A stretch of 11,368 nt of DNA from positions 1-11,368 of the forward strand of contig JBDLKA010000109.1 of NCBI GenBank assembly GCA_039714075.1. Direction: 5' to 3'. Source of the stretch: Candidatus Krumholzibacteriota bacterium. GTDB taxonomy: Bacteria > Krumholzibacteriota > Krumholzibacteriia > LZORAL124-64-63. A model generated the notes under the pieces. That model was not told where the DNA came from. It saw only the letters and a program-made list of their open reading frames with translations, and ran no database searches. Position numbers and translations under genes: made by a program. Below, piece after piece: positions 1-7,253 of the stretch (its first letter is position 1; each line of letters begins with the position of its first letter).

Positions 1-324
1 AATCCCGTTTCGGCCCTGGTGTCGTTTCACCAGCTGGTCAAACCGGCCGTGCTGAAAATGATGGGCGCCCCGCAGGCCGAAATGTTGGTCCTGCCCGTCA
101 GTCTCCAGGATACGACCCGCCAGAAAGCTGGGCGACTGGGCTGGCTGCGGGGCCGGATGGATCTTCAGGGCGAAGACCTGAACGCGTCGCTGGTCACCGG
201 CCAGGGTTCCCACATGCTCAGCGGCCTGGCCCTGGCCGACGTCCTGGTGGAAATTCCCGCCGACACCACCGGAGCCGAGGCCGGCGACATCCTGCGGGCG
301 GTGAAGCTGGACTGGGAAAGTTAG
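1..324 (+). CDS. moeA: Molybdopterin molybdenumtransferase MoeA, C-terminal part (5' truncated by the window)
   Basis: Frame +1 is open from base 1 and reads NPVSALVSFHQLVKPAVLKMMG, matching the MoeA (P)GNPVSA motif. It continues to GQGSHMLSGLALADVLVEIP...AEAGD, typical of MoeA domain IV. Stop TAG at 322-324. Confidence 0.9.
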   Translation, partial: NPVSALVSFHQLVKPAVLKMMGAPQAEMLVLPVSLQDTTRQKAGRLGWLRGRMDLQGEDLNASLVTGQGSHMLSGLALADVLVEIPADTTGAEAGDILRAVKLDWES

Positions 325-325
325 A

Positions 326-2869
326 CTATTTGATGATCACGGTTCCGTTGCGTGTCTGCAGCACGCCGCGTTTCTTCAACTCCAGCCCGTTGACTTCCTG
401 GTAGGTGCCGCCCTCCACCGTGATGCTCGTCCCGTGGCCCGCCGAAAGTTCCGCCTGGTTCAGCGACTGGTAGGGATTCAAATCGCTGCCGTCCTGGCCC
501 GGACTGCCCGCGTTGGCCACATCCACGAATACCGAGACCCGCGGCCAGGTACGGTACATGCCGCGGCCATAGGTGGCGGCGATCAGGTTCTCCCCCGCCC
601 AGAAAAGATCCGAGACCATGGTGTTGGCCGGGCCCTCGGAACCGGGATAGCTGGTGGTCCGGCTCCAGTTGTTGCCGCCGTCCTCGGTGGCGAAGACGCC
701 CACGTCGGTGCCGACGTAGATCCAGGAAGTGTTGGTCGGATGGAAGGTGACCGTGTGGACCGGTGAATCCGGCAGGGGCAGAAAGCCCGTGCCACCGATG
801 TTCGACCAGCTGGATCCGGCGTTGGTGCTGCGCCAAAGCGCGTCCCCCCCCGTTTTATTGAAGGACACGATGACGTCGCTGGAATTGACGGGGTTCACCG
901 CGATGTCGGTGACGAAACTGTTGGGCAGGCCCACGCCGTTGTCGTCCAGGTCCGTCCAGGTCGGAGTGCTGCTCAGGGTCCGGGAAACCGTGCCGTCGTT
1001 GTAGCCTATGTAGAGCCTGCTCGACAGGGACTCGGACTGCTCGATCGCGCTGCAGATCGGACTGCCGGGGATCGAATCGCGGAAGGAGTACCAGTTGTCG
1101 CCTTCGTTCGTGGAGCGCCAGATGGACTTCCCGCCGGCGAACAGCGCGGTCGACAAGGATTTGTCGATCTTGAAGGGTGCAATGAAAAGGACGTTGCCCA
1201 GGGGCTTGTCCGGGATGCTGTCGCCGATGACGGTGTAGGTGTTCCCGCCGTCGCGGCTGCGGCGCAGGTTCAGGTTCTGGGTGGAGGCGTAGATCGTCGA
1301 GGGAGCGCCGGGCTTGACCGCGACATAGGCCCCGTCGCCGGTCATGGCCTGGAACCAGCTATCGGAACCGCCGTTGTTGAACCGCAGGAAACTGTTGTCC
1401 TGGGCCCCGCCCATGATCACGCTGCCGTCGGTGGCCGCGGCCCCGTGGTAGAACTGGGTGATCCCCAGCCCGTTGGCCAGGTTGCTCCACCCGGAACTCT
1501 GGCTGTTGTTCCAGATGTTCGAGCTGCGCTGCACCCCGCCGTCGTTGCCGAAGTAGAGGACCGGACTCCCGGTGGTGTAATTCGGATGAGGCACGATGGT
1601 ATGATGGTCCGCATGCGCCGACGTGCTGAAGTGGTAGTTCCTCCAGTTGCTCTTCTTCGTCAGGGTCGTGCCGCCGTCGGTGCTGACCCAGATATCGACG
1701 CCTCCGACAATCACCCGGTTGGTATTGCCGGGCTCGACCCAGAGGGTGTTGTCGTAACCTCCCTGGTTGACCGAACTCAGGAAATGGTTGTTGCCGGTGT
1801 TCCGCAGGGTCCAGGTGTCGCCTCCATCCGTGGAACGCCACAGCTCGCCGTTGTTCCGCTGCAGGGACGCGTACAGGACGGGATCGTTTCCGCTGGAAGT
1901 GCCGAACGCCATTTCCGCCCGGCCGAAATTCGTGGGCAGGGGCGTCGTGGACCCCGTCACCATGCTGGTGAAGGTGGCGCCGTCGTCGGTGGACAGGAAG
2001 GCGTCGTCATCGGCGCCGATGACGATCCAGGGCGTTCCGTCGGAAGTCTGGTTCGTGATCTTCACGTCGTAGCCCAGAGCCCCCAGGATGCGGACCCGGG
2101 TCCAGCTGTTCCCGTCGTCGTCCGTGCGGTAGAGGACCCCGTTCCAGGTGACCGCGTACATCCGACCGTCGACCGTCGGATGCGGCGCCAGACGGTTTAT
2201 GTACATGAAGTCGACGGGATCGGGAATGTTCATCTGCTGCCAGGTGAGCCCGAGGTCCCCGCTGCGAAACACACCTTCGCCCGGATAGACGTTACCCCCG
2301 GGAAATCCCTCGCCCGTTCCTGCGAACAGGAACTGCTGATCCGGGGTCATCACCATGCAGCTGACCGCCAGGTTGGCCATGAAGTCGTTCATGGGATTCC
2401 ACCAGTTGCCGCTGTTGGTGGTGCGCCAGATTCCCCCGGTCACACCGCCCAGCCACATGCGCGTGGGATCGGAGGGATCGATCACGAACGCCCGCACGCG
2501 GCCCCCGATGTTGCCCGGCCCGAGCCAGGTCCACTCGGGCAGGCCGGCGTCCTTGTCCGCGCCGGTAATCGGCAAAAACTCCGCCTGTTTCCGGGCCCGC
2601 ATCAGGGCGCCCGGCTCGATCTCCCCGCGGCGCATGCGCCAGTACTCTTCGCGACCCTTGATCGTGGCCCTGCGCCCGTCCTGAAGATCGGGCCGCAAAC
2701 CCTCCTTGCGCGCGATCTTGTCGGCGATGATCTGCGGATCGCGGACCAGGCCCAGGTTTCCGGGTTCATCGACCGGATCGGTGTCGGAAATCACGAACCA
2801 GCCCGAACCGACGATCACGGCCAGGCTCAGGGTGCTGATCAACAAAAACTTACGGTTGCGGCGGTCCAT
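326..2869 (-). CDS. Exported or membrane-anchored BNR/Asp-box repeat beta-propeller protein (VPS10/sialidase/GH74-like fold), 847 aa, with a short C-terminal DUF1565-like module
   Basis: Basic N-terminus plus hydrophobic stretch ([20 protein letters not shown]). About 10 Asp-boxes (e.g. [40 protein letters not shown]). Motifs [49 protein letters not shown] on the minus strand at 2879-2883. Confidence 0.88.
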   Translation of the reverse strand: MDRRNRKFLLISTLSLAVIVGSGWFVISDTDPVDEPGNLGLVRDPQIIADKIARKEGLRPDLQDGRRATIKGREEYWRMRRGEIEPGALMRARKQAEFLPITGADKDAGLPEWTWLGPGNIGGRVRAFVIDPSDPTRMWLGGVTGGIWRTTNSGNWWNPMNDFMANLAVSCMVMTPDQQFLFAGTGEGFPGGNVYPGEGVFRSGDLGLTWQQMNIPDPVDFMYINRLAPHPTVDGRMYAVTWNGVLYRTDDDGNSWTRVRILGALGYDVKITNQTSDGTPWIVIGADDDAFLSTDDGATFTSMVTGSTTPLPTNFGRAEMAFGTSSGNDPVLYASLQRNNGELWRSTDGGDTWTLRNTGNNHFLSSVNQGGYDNTLWVEPGNTNRVIVGGVDIWVSTDGGTTLTKKSNWRNYHFSTSAHADHHTIVPHPNYTTGSPVLYFGNDGGVQRSSNIWNNSQSSGWSNLANGLGITQFYHGAAATDGSVIMGGAQDNSFLRFNNGGSDSWFQAMTGDGAYVAVKPGAPSTIYASTQNLNLRRSRDGGNTYTVIGDSIPDKPLGNVLFIAPFKIDKSLSTALFAGGKSIWRSTNEGDNWYSFRDSIPGSPICSAIEQSESLSSRLYIGYNDGTVSRTLSSTPTWTDLDDNGVGLPNSFVTDIAVNPVNSSDVIVSFNKTGGDALWRSTNAGSSWSNIGGTGFLPLPDSPVHTVTFHPTNTSWIYVGTDVGVFATEDGGNNWSRTTSYPGSEGPANTMVSDLFWAGENLIAATYGRGMYRTWPRVSVFVDVANAGSPGQDGSDLNPYQSLNQAELSAGHGTSITVEGGTYQEVNGLELKKRGVLQTRNGTVIIK

Positions 2870-2878
2870 GGGATCAAT

Positions 2879-2883
2879 CCTCC
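2879..2883 (-). promoter_or_regulatory. Shine-Dalgarno site (GGAGG) of the 847-aa BNR gene
   Basis: The + strand reads CCTCC at 2879-2883, 9 nt from the ATG at 2869. Confidence 0.7.
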
Positions 2884-2992
2884 ACTGCGGTCAGGTGGTA
2901 TGCCTCTTAAAGGGGAAAACGGAATTCGGAGGGAAATCCGGACATGTTTTGACTTGGTTAAACAGGTTTTGCCGGGTTTGACGATGGTTGGA

Positions 2993-3022
2993 CTGCCAAC
3001 CTTTTCCTTTTTAGCCTATACT
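2993..3022 (+). promoter_or_regulatory. Candidate sigma70-type promoter for pyrC
   Basis: CTGCCA (2993-2998), 18-nt spacer, then TATACT (3017-3022) in the AT-rich divergent intergenic region, about 65 nt upstream of the pyrC ATG. Confidence 0.45.
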
Positions 3023-3033
3023 GGCACCAACCC

Positions 3034-3059
3034 GAAGGCCCCCCGGGGGGTCTTTTCCC
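3034..3059 (+). terminator. GC-rich hairpin running into a U-rich tract in the pyrC leader (possible attenuator)
   Basis: GAAGGCCCC-CCGG-GGGGTCTTT forms a stem-loop (two G-U pairs) whose 3' arm runs into TCTTTTCCC. Confidence 0.35.
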
Positions 3060-3088
3060 GACTTTCACGCACGCGGAGCGCCGAAACC

Positions 3089-4117
3089 ATGGAACTGACC
3101 ATCACCCGCCCCGACGACTGGCATCTGCACCTGCGCGACGGCGCCGTGCTGGCCTCGGTCGCCCCGCACACCGCCCGGCAGTTCGGACGGGCGATCATCA
3201 TGCCCAACCTGGTGCCGCCGGTCACGACCACGGACATGGCCCTGGCCTACCGGGAGCGCATCCTGGCCTCGGTTCCCGTTGATACGGATTTCCAGCCGCT
3301 GATGACGCTGTACCTGACCGACAATACGGCCCCCGCGGAAATCCGCCGGGCGAAGGAATCGGGTCATGTCCACGCGCTGAAGCTCTATCCCGCCGGGGCG
3401 ACGACCAACTCCGACGCGGGCGTGACGGATATCGACAAGGTGACCTCTGCGCTCGAGGCCATGGCCGAACTGGGAATGCCCCTGCTGGTCCACGGCGAGG
3501 TGACCGATCCGGACGTCGACATCTTTGACCGCGAGGCGGTCTTCATCGAGCGGCACCTCGAACCGCTGGTGAACCGGATCCCGGATTTGAAGGTCGTGAT
3601 GGAGCACGTGACCACGGCCCAGGGTGTGGCGTTCGTCGCAAGCGGCGGGCCCAACGTGGCCGGCACCATCACCGCCCATCATCTTCTGCTGAACCGCAAC
3701 GCCATCTTCGTCGGTGGTCTGAACCCCCACGCCTACTGCCTGCCGGTTCTGAAGCGGGAAAAGCACCGGGAAGCGCTGGTCACCGCGGCCACCGGCGGCA
3801 GCGGGAAATTTTTCCTCGGCACCGACAGCGCCCCACACGCCCGGACGGCCAAGGAATCGGGCTGTGGCTGCGCGGGCATCTACACCGCTCACGCCGCGAT
3901 CGAACTCTACGCCTCCGCTTTCGAAGAGGCCGATGCATTGGACAAGCTGGAGGGGTTTGCCGGCCTGCATGGACCGACCTTCTACGGGCTAAAGCCGAAT
4001 ACTGAAAAGATCACCCTGATAAAAAAAGAGTGGGCGGTGCCTGAAAGCTACCAACTTGGTGATTCCACCGTCGTGCCGCTGGCGGCGGGACAGACGTTGG
4101 GGTGGAAGTTGAAATAG
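3089..4117 (+). CDS. pyrC: Dihydroorotase, homodimeric E. coli-type (type II), 342 aa
   Basis: Starts [18 protein letters not shown] (metal-binding HxH). Contains [25 protein letters not shown] (carboxylated Lys), [33 protein letters not shown] (catalytic Asp) and CGCAGIY. GGAG RBS at 3075-3078, ATG at 3089. The ORF-track start at 1445 is a spurious upstream extension. Confidence 0.97.
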   Translation: MELTITRPDDWHLHLRDGAVLASVAPHTARQFGRAIIMPNLVPPVTTTDMALAYRERILASVPVDTDFQPLMTLYLTDNTAPAEIRRAKESGHVHALKLYPAGATTNSDAGVTDIDKVTSALEAMAELGMPLLVHGEVTDPDVDIFDREAVFIERHLEPLVNRIPDLKVVMEHVTTAQGVAFVASGGPNVAGTITAHHLLLNRNAIFVGGLNPHAYCLPVLKREKHREALVTAATGGSGKFFLGTDSAPHARTAKESGCGCAGIYTAHAAIELYASAFEEADALDKLEGFAGLHGPTFYGLKPNTEKITLIKKEWAVPESYQLGDSTVVPLAAGQTLGWKLK

Positions 4118-4125
4118 TCCGCCGA

Positions 4126-6903
4126 TCACTGGACCAGCGTCATCTTGCGGTTTTCGGTTCGGGTGGCGGTCTGCAAACGGTACGGATACACCCCCGAACC
4201 CACCCTGCGGCCCCTGTCGTCCGTGCCGTCCCACTCGACATGGTGTTCACCGGCGGCCCGCCACCCGGCAACCAGGACCCTGACCCTGCGGCCGGCCGCA
4301 TCGAAAACCTCCAGCCGGACCGGACCAGCCGCCTCCAGACTGAAGTCGATGCGCGTCGAGGGGTTGAAGGGGTTCGGCGTATTTTGGGCCAGGTGCACGG
4401 CCGGGCCCCGTTCCGGTACATCCGACGGCTGCGGCACGATCACGCTGTGGATGCCGCGCCCATGGGTTCCGACGACCACCTTGCGGTCGGACAACCGTAC
4501 CGCCAGGGCATCGACGATTACGTTGCCCAGGGAACTCGGAGCCTCCCGGGTCCACACCACGGGCACCCCATCCTCGGGCGTGGTCGAGTACAGCCCCGTC
4601 GTCGTTCCCACCAGCCACAGGTCCGGTCCCAGGCTGGGCATGATCGCCGCGCAACGCGCCGAAGGACCGTCGTCTCCCGCCAGATTGCCCTCGACATCGG
4701 TCCAGCTCGCGCCGCCGTCATCGGTGTACCACAGACTCGGGATCATGTAGTTGCCCAGACTGACCAGCACTTTCCGATCATCGTCCGGATGCACGGCGAT
4801 GCCGCTGACATAGGATTCCACGGGAAAACTCGCGTTGCCGTGCAGCGGGATCGGGGCCGTCCCGGCGACCGCGTGCAAGACATCCTCCACACGGTACAAA
4901 CTCCCCGTCGCGGTTCCATAGTACAACGCGTGCCCCGCCTGGGCGTTGGTGCCCAGTGCCGAGACAAAATCGCCCGCCGGCTGATTCGTCAGTTGACTCC
5001 AGTTCAGGTCCGTGGGATCCGTGCCGCCCCAGGGAATGGCCGTCACGTCGCTGTTGCGCAACACACCGTTGCTGCTGGCCAGATAGACGACCTTCTCGTC
5101 TTCCGGATCGTTGATGAAGGGATTGATGAACAGGTATTCGCCGCCGGTGAGGGGTTTGATCATGGTCTCGTGGGTGGGGTTTCCGGCCACGTCCAGCTTG
5201 ATGCGGTACATGTTCCCACGGTAGTAGGACACCAGATAGTCACCGGTGGCCGAACCGTCGAGCACCACGCAATGGGCGCCGTCACCACCATAAGCCTCGA
5301 TCCAGGGGGACGTGTCGATCGGCGAGCTGGTCCACAGCGTCCCGTTGTCCTGGGTGCCGCCGATCACCACATCATTGCCCGCCAGTTCCGGGTCCAGGGC
5401 CACGGTGAAGAACTGGGTCGTATTGAAACCGTTGTTCAGCGACTGCCACGCGACCGTGGGCGCGGTCATGTCCAGGGTCTTGTGCACCCCGCCGTCGCTG
5501 GCGGTGTACGCCACCGTGGACGACCCCGGCTGGTAGATCAACTTGTGCACGTCGGCATGGTGGCTGCGGTTCTCGTAGTAGTAGCCGCCCACGCGGCTGG
5601 TGCTGGAACCGCTGATCCATCCGGTAAGATTGCGCCACAGGTGCATGCCGCCGATGGTTACCGAGTGGGGATTTATGGGGTTGACGGTCACCATCAGGTT
5701 GTATCCGCGCTGGGACCAGAAGGGCCAGATGTTGCCCATCAACGGGTCATAGGGGTACGGCATGTTCGACAGCGTGGCCGAACGATCGGACCACACCCCG
5801 CCGGCCCCGGTGCCGTCGCCGGAAATATATGAGTACCGCCACATTTGCCGGTTGTTCGAAGTCGCGGGATCCGAGACCAGGAAATAGACCCAGGTTTCCT
5901 CCGACGGGGCGATCCCCATGGTGATGCGCCCGTAGTTGGGAATCAGCGCCGGGGTTATGTCGGCCCAGTTCACTCCGTCGGGCGACCTGAAAATGCCGTG
6001 CACCCCACCCTCTGAACTGAGGGTGGCGTACAGCACGCCCTGGCTGGTGATGACCAGATCGGAATAACGCGACAGCACGGTGGTGCTGCCCAGCACCGGC
6101 GTCCAGCTGGTGCCGCCGTCCAGCGATCGATAGATCACGCCCCAGGTCGCGGCATAGACCTCGTCCTGGGCGACATTCGTCGGATCGGTTACCAGACGCC
6201 ACACCACGTTGAAGGGGTTGTCCAGTTCCTGTGGCAGGCCGGTGGCCGTTGACGGCAGCACGTTCCAGGACAGCCCCCCGTCGGTGGATTTGAAGACTCC
6301 GTCGCCGTAGTATTCGCCCCCTCCCCGGGCCGGTGACGAGGCATGCCCTTCCCCCGTGCCGTAGTACCACACGTTTTCGTGTCCGGTACGGGTATCCTGC
6401 ACAATGCACGAAACGGAATGCAGCTGGCTGCTGCCGGTCGTCAGGGTCCAGGAAGCTCCGTCATCGACGGTGCGCCACATACCGCCCGAGACACCGCCGG
6501 CCAACAGGGTGCGGTAGGTCGGATCAGCCACATCAATGGCCAGGGCGCGAGCACGGCCGCCGATGTTCCAGGGCCCGCGGTACTGCCACCCATTCACTTT
6601 GTCGCCGGTGCGGCCCAGCCCGCCCATCGCGGTGTGCGGATCGCGTTGCGGAAGACCGTGGGCAAATTCCTGTTCGCGCCGATGCATATCGATTGGGATT
6701 TCACCGGTGGCCGGGTCGCGCTGGCGCAACCACTCCCAGTGGTGGCGGCCCATGAGGTCTTCGCCCGGACCGGACGTGTCGTCCAGTGGCGCGGGCGGCG
6801 GCGGACCGTGTGGTGAGGGAGCCGGGGGGATTAAAACCAGCAAGGTCGTCAGGGACAGGGCAAGGACGCAGGCGAACGAAATCAACCAGGGAATACGTTT
6901 CAT
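4126..6903 (-). CDS. Exported BNR/Asp-box beta-propeller protein with a C-terminal FlgD-Ig/T9SS-CTD-like domain, 925 aa
   Basis: Signal or anchor MKRIPWLISFACVLALSLTTLLVLI followed by a Pro-rich linker. Motifs WQYRGPWNIGGR, Asp-boxes (WRTVDDGASW, FKSTDGGLSW, YRSLDGGTSW, WYTDDGGASW), HADVH, ASDGG, NNGFNTTQFF, GGTQDNG, GTHGRG. C-terminus QNTPNPFNPST...VEWDGTDDRGRRVGSGVY...RKMTLVQ. GGAG RBS on the minus strand at 6912-6915. Confidence 0.9.
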   Translation of the reverse strand: MKRIPWLISFACVLALSLTTLLVLIPPAPSPHGPPPPAPLDDTSGPGEDLMGRHHWEWLRQRDPATGEIPIDMHRREQEFAHGLPQRDPHTAMGGLGRTGDKVNGWQYRGPWNIGGRARALAIDVADPTYRTLLAGGVSGGMWRTVDDGASWTLTTGSSQLHSVSCIVQDTRTGHENVWYYGTGEGHASSPARGGGEYYGDGVFKSTDGGLSWNVLPSTATGLPQELDNPFNVVWRLVTDPTNVAQDEVYAATWGVIYRSLDGGTSWTPVLGSTTVLSRYSDLVITSQGVLYATLSSEGGVHGIFRSPDGVNWADITPALIPNYGRITMGIAPSEETWVYFLVSDPATSNNRQMWRYSYISGDGTGAGGVWSDRSATLSNMPYPYDPLMGNIWPFWSQRGYNLMVTVNPINPHSVTIGGMHLWRNLTGWISGSSTSRVGGYYYENRSHHADVHKLIYQPGSSTVAYTASDGGVHKTLDMTAPTVAWQSLNNGFNTTQFFTVALDPELAGNDVVIGGTQDNGTLWTSSPIDTSPWIEAYGGDGAHCVVLDGSATGDYLVSYYRGNMYRIKLDVAGNPTHETMIKPLTGGEYLFINPFINDPEDEKVVYLASSNGVLRNSDVTAIPWGGTDPTDLNWSQLTNQPAGDFVSALGTNAQAGHALYYGTATGSLYRVEDVLHAVAGTAPIPLHGNASFPVESYVSGIAVHPDDDRKVLVSLGNYMIPSLWYTDDGGASWTDVEGNLAGDDGPSARCAAIMPSLGPDLWLVGTTTGLYSTTPEDGVPVVWTREAPSSLGNVIVDALAVRLSDRKVVVGTHGRGIHSVIVPQPSDVPERGPAVHLAQNTPNPFNPSTRIDFSLEAAGPVRLEVFDAAGRRVRVLVAGWRAAGEHHVEWDGTDDRGRRVGSGVYPYRLQTATRTENRKMTLVQ

Positions 6904-7054
6904 GATATCGGCTCCAGAGTCTGAAGATGAGCGAACCAGACAATCCGGGACGAGACATTGGGCTGATGTGAGTTTATGGAAAATGCGTTATCAAAACAAG
7001 CTCGTCATCCCCTTGGCGATCAGGGCGGACAGCTTCATTGACGGTGGTTGCTTC

Positions 7055-7083
7055 TTGATCGGATAAAGCCATTGGTATAGGAT
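7055..7083 (+). promoter_or_regulatory. Candidate sigma70-type promoter for the S8 protease gene
   Basis: TTGATC (7055-7060), 17-nt spacer, then TAGGAT (7078-7083) in the AT-rich divergent intergenic region. It would give a 5' UTR of roughly 165 nt. Confidence 0.45.
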
Positions 7084-7253
7084 GATTTGAGATGAAGCAA
7101 AAATAGATTCCACACCTTTATTACTGCCGCCCGTAATCAATCAACCATTCCTGGAAAGGGGAAGATGTCCGACTGGCCGTGGCCCCACCACGGCCCCTGG
7201 GTATTTTTTTGAATTACTCGCCACTCAAAAATCCCAATAAAGGGGAACCCGAC

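Noticed and set aside
2840..2869. [10 protein letters not shown] as a Tat signal
   Set aside because: Spacing does not fit (S/T)RRxFLK. It is better explained as the basic n-region of a Sec signal or membrane anchor.
2908..2950. AAGGGGAAAACGGAATTCGGAGGGAAATCCGGAC resembling the start of a c-di-GMP-I riboswitch
   Set aside because: It lacks the GNRA-capped P2 followed by GACGCAAAG and a P3 with tetraloop receptor. Only a weak imperfect hairpin is present.
3021..3037. CTGGCAC as a sigma54 -24 element
   Set aside because: There is no TTGC at the -12 position (the sequence continues CAACCCGAAG).
1445..3088. Apparent 548-aa N-terminal extension of PyrC (890-aa ORF in the track)
   Set aside because: Most of it is the antisense shadow of the BNR gene plus the intergenic region. 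PyrC homology starts at Met 3089, which has its own GGAG RBS.
3065..3970. 301-aa minus-strand ORF over pyrC
   Set aside because: Antisense shadow of a well-supported housekeeping gene.
4102..5832. 576-aa plus-strand ORF
   Set aside because: Antisense shadow of the 925-aa gene. It is rich in Arg/Val/Gly/His, has no recognisable motifs, and is expected from strong GC3 bias.
7179..7253. Upstream GTG start for the protease (1304 aa)
   Set aside because: ATG 7254 has an AGGGGA RBS and directly begins a typical signal peptide. The extension lies in structured leader sequence.
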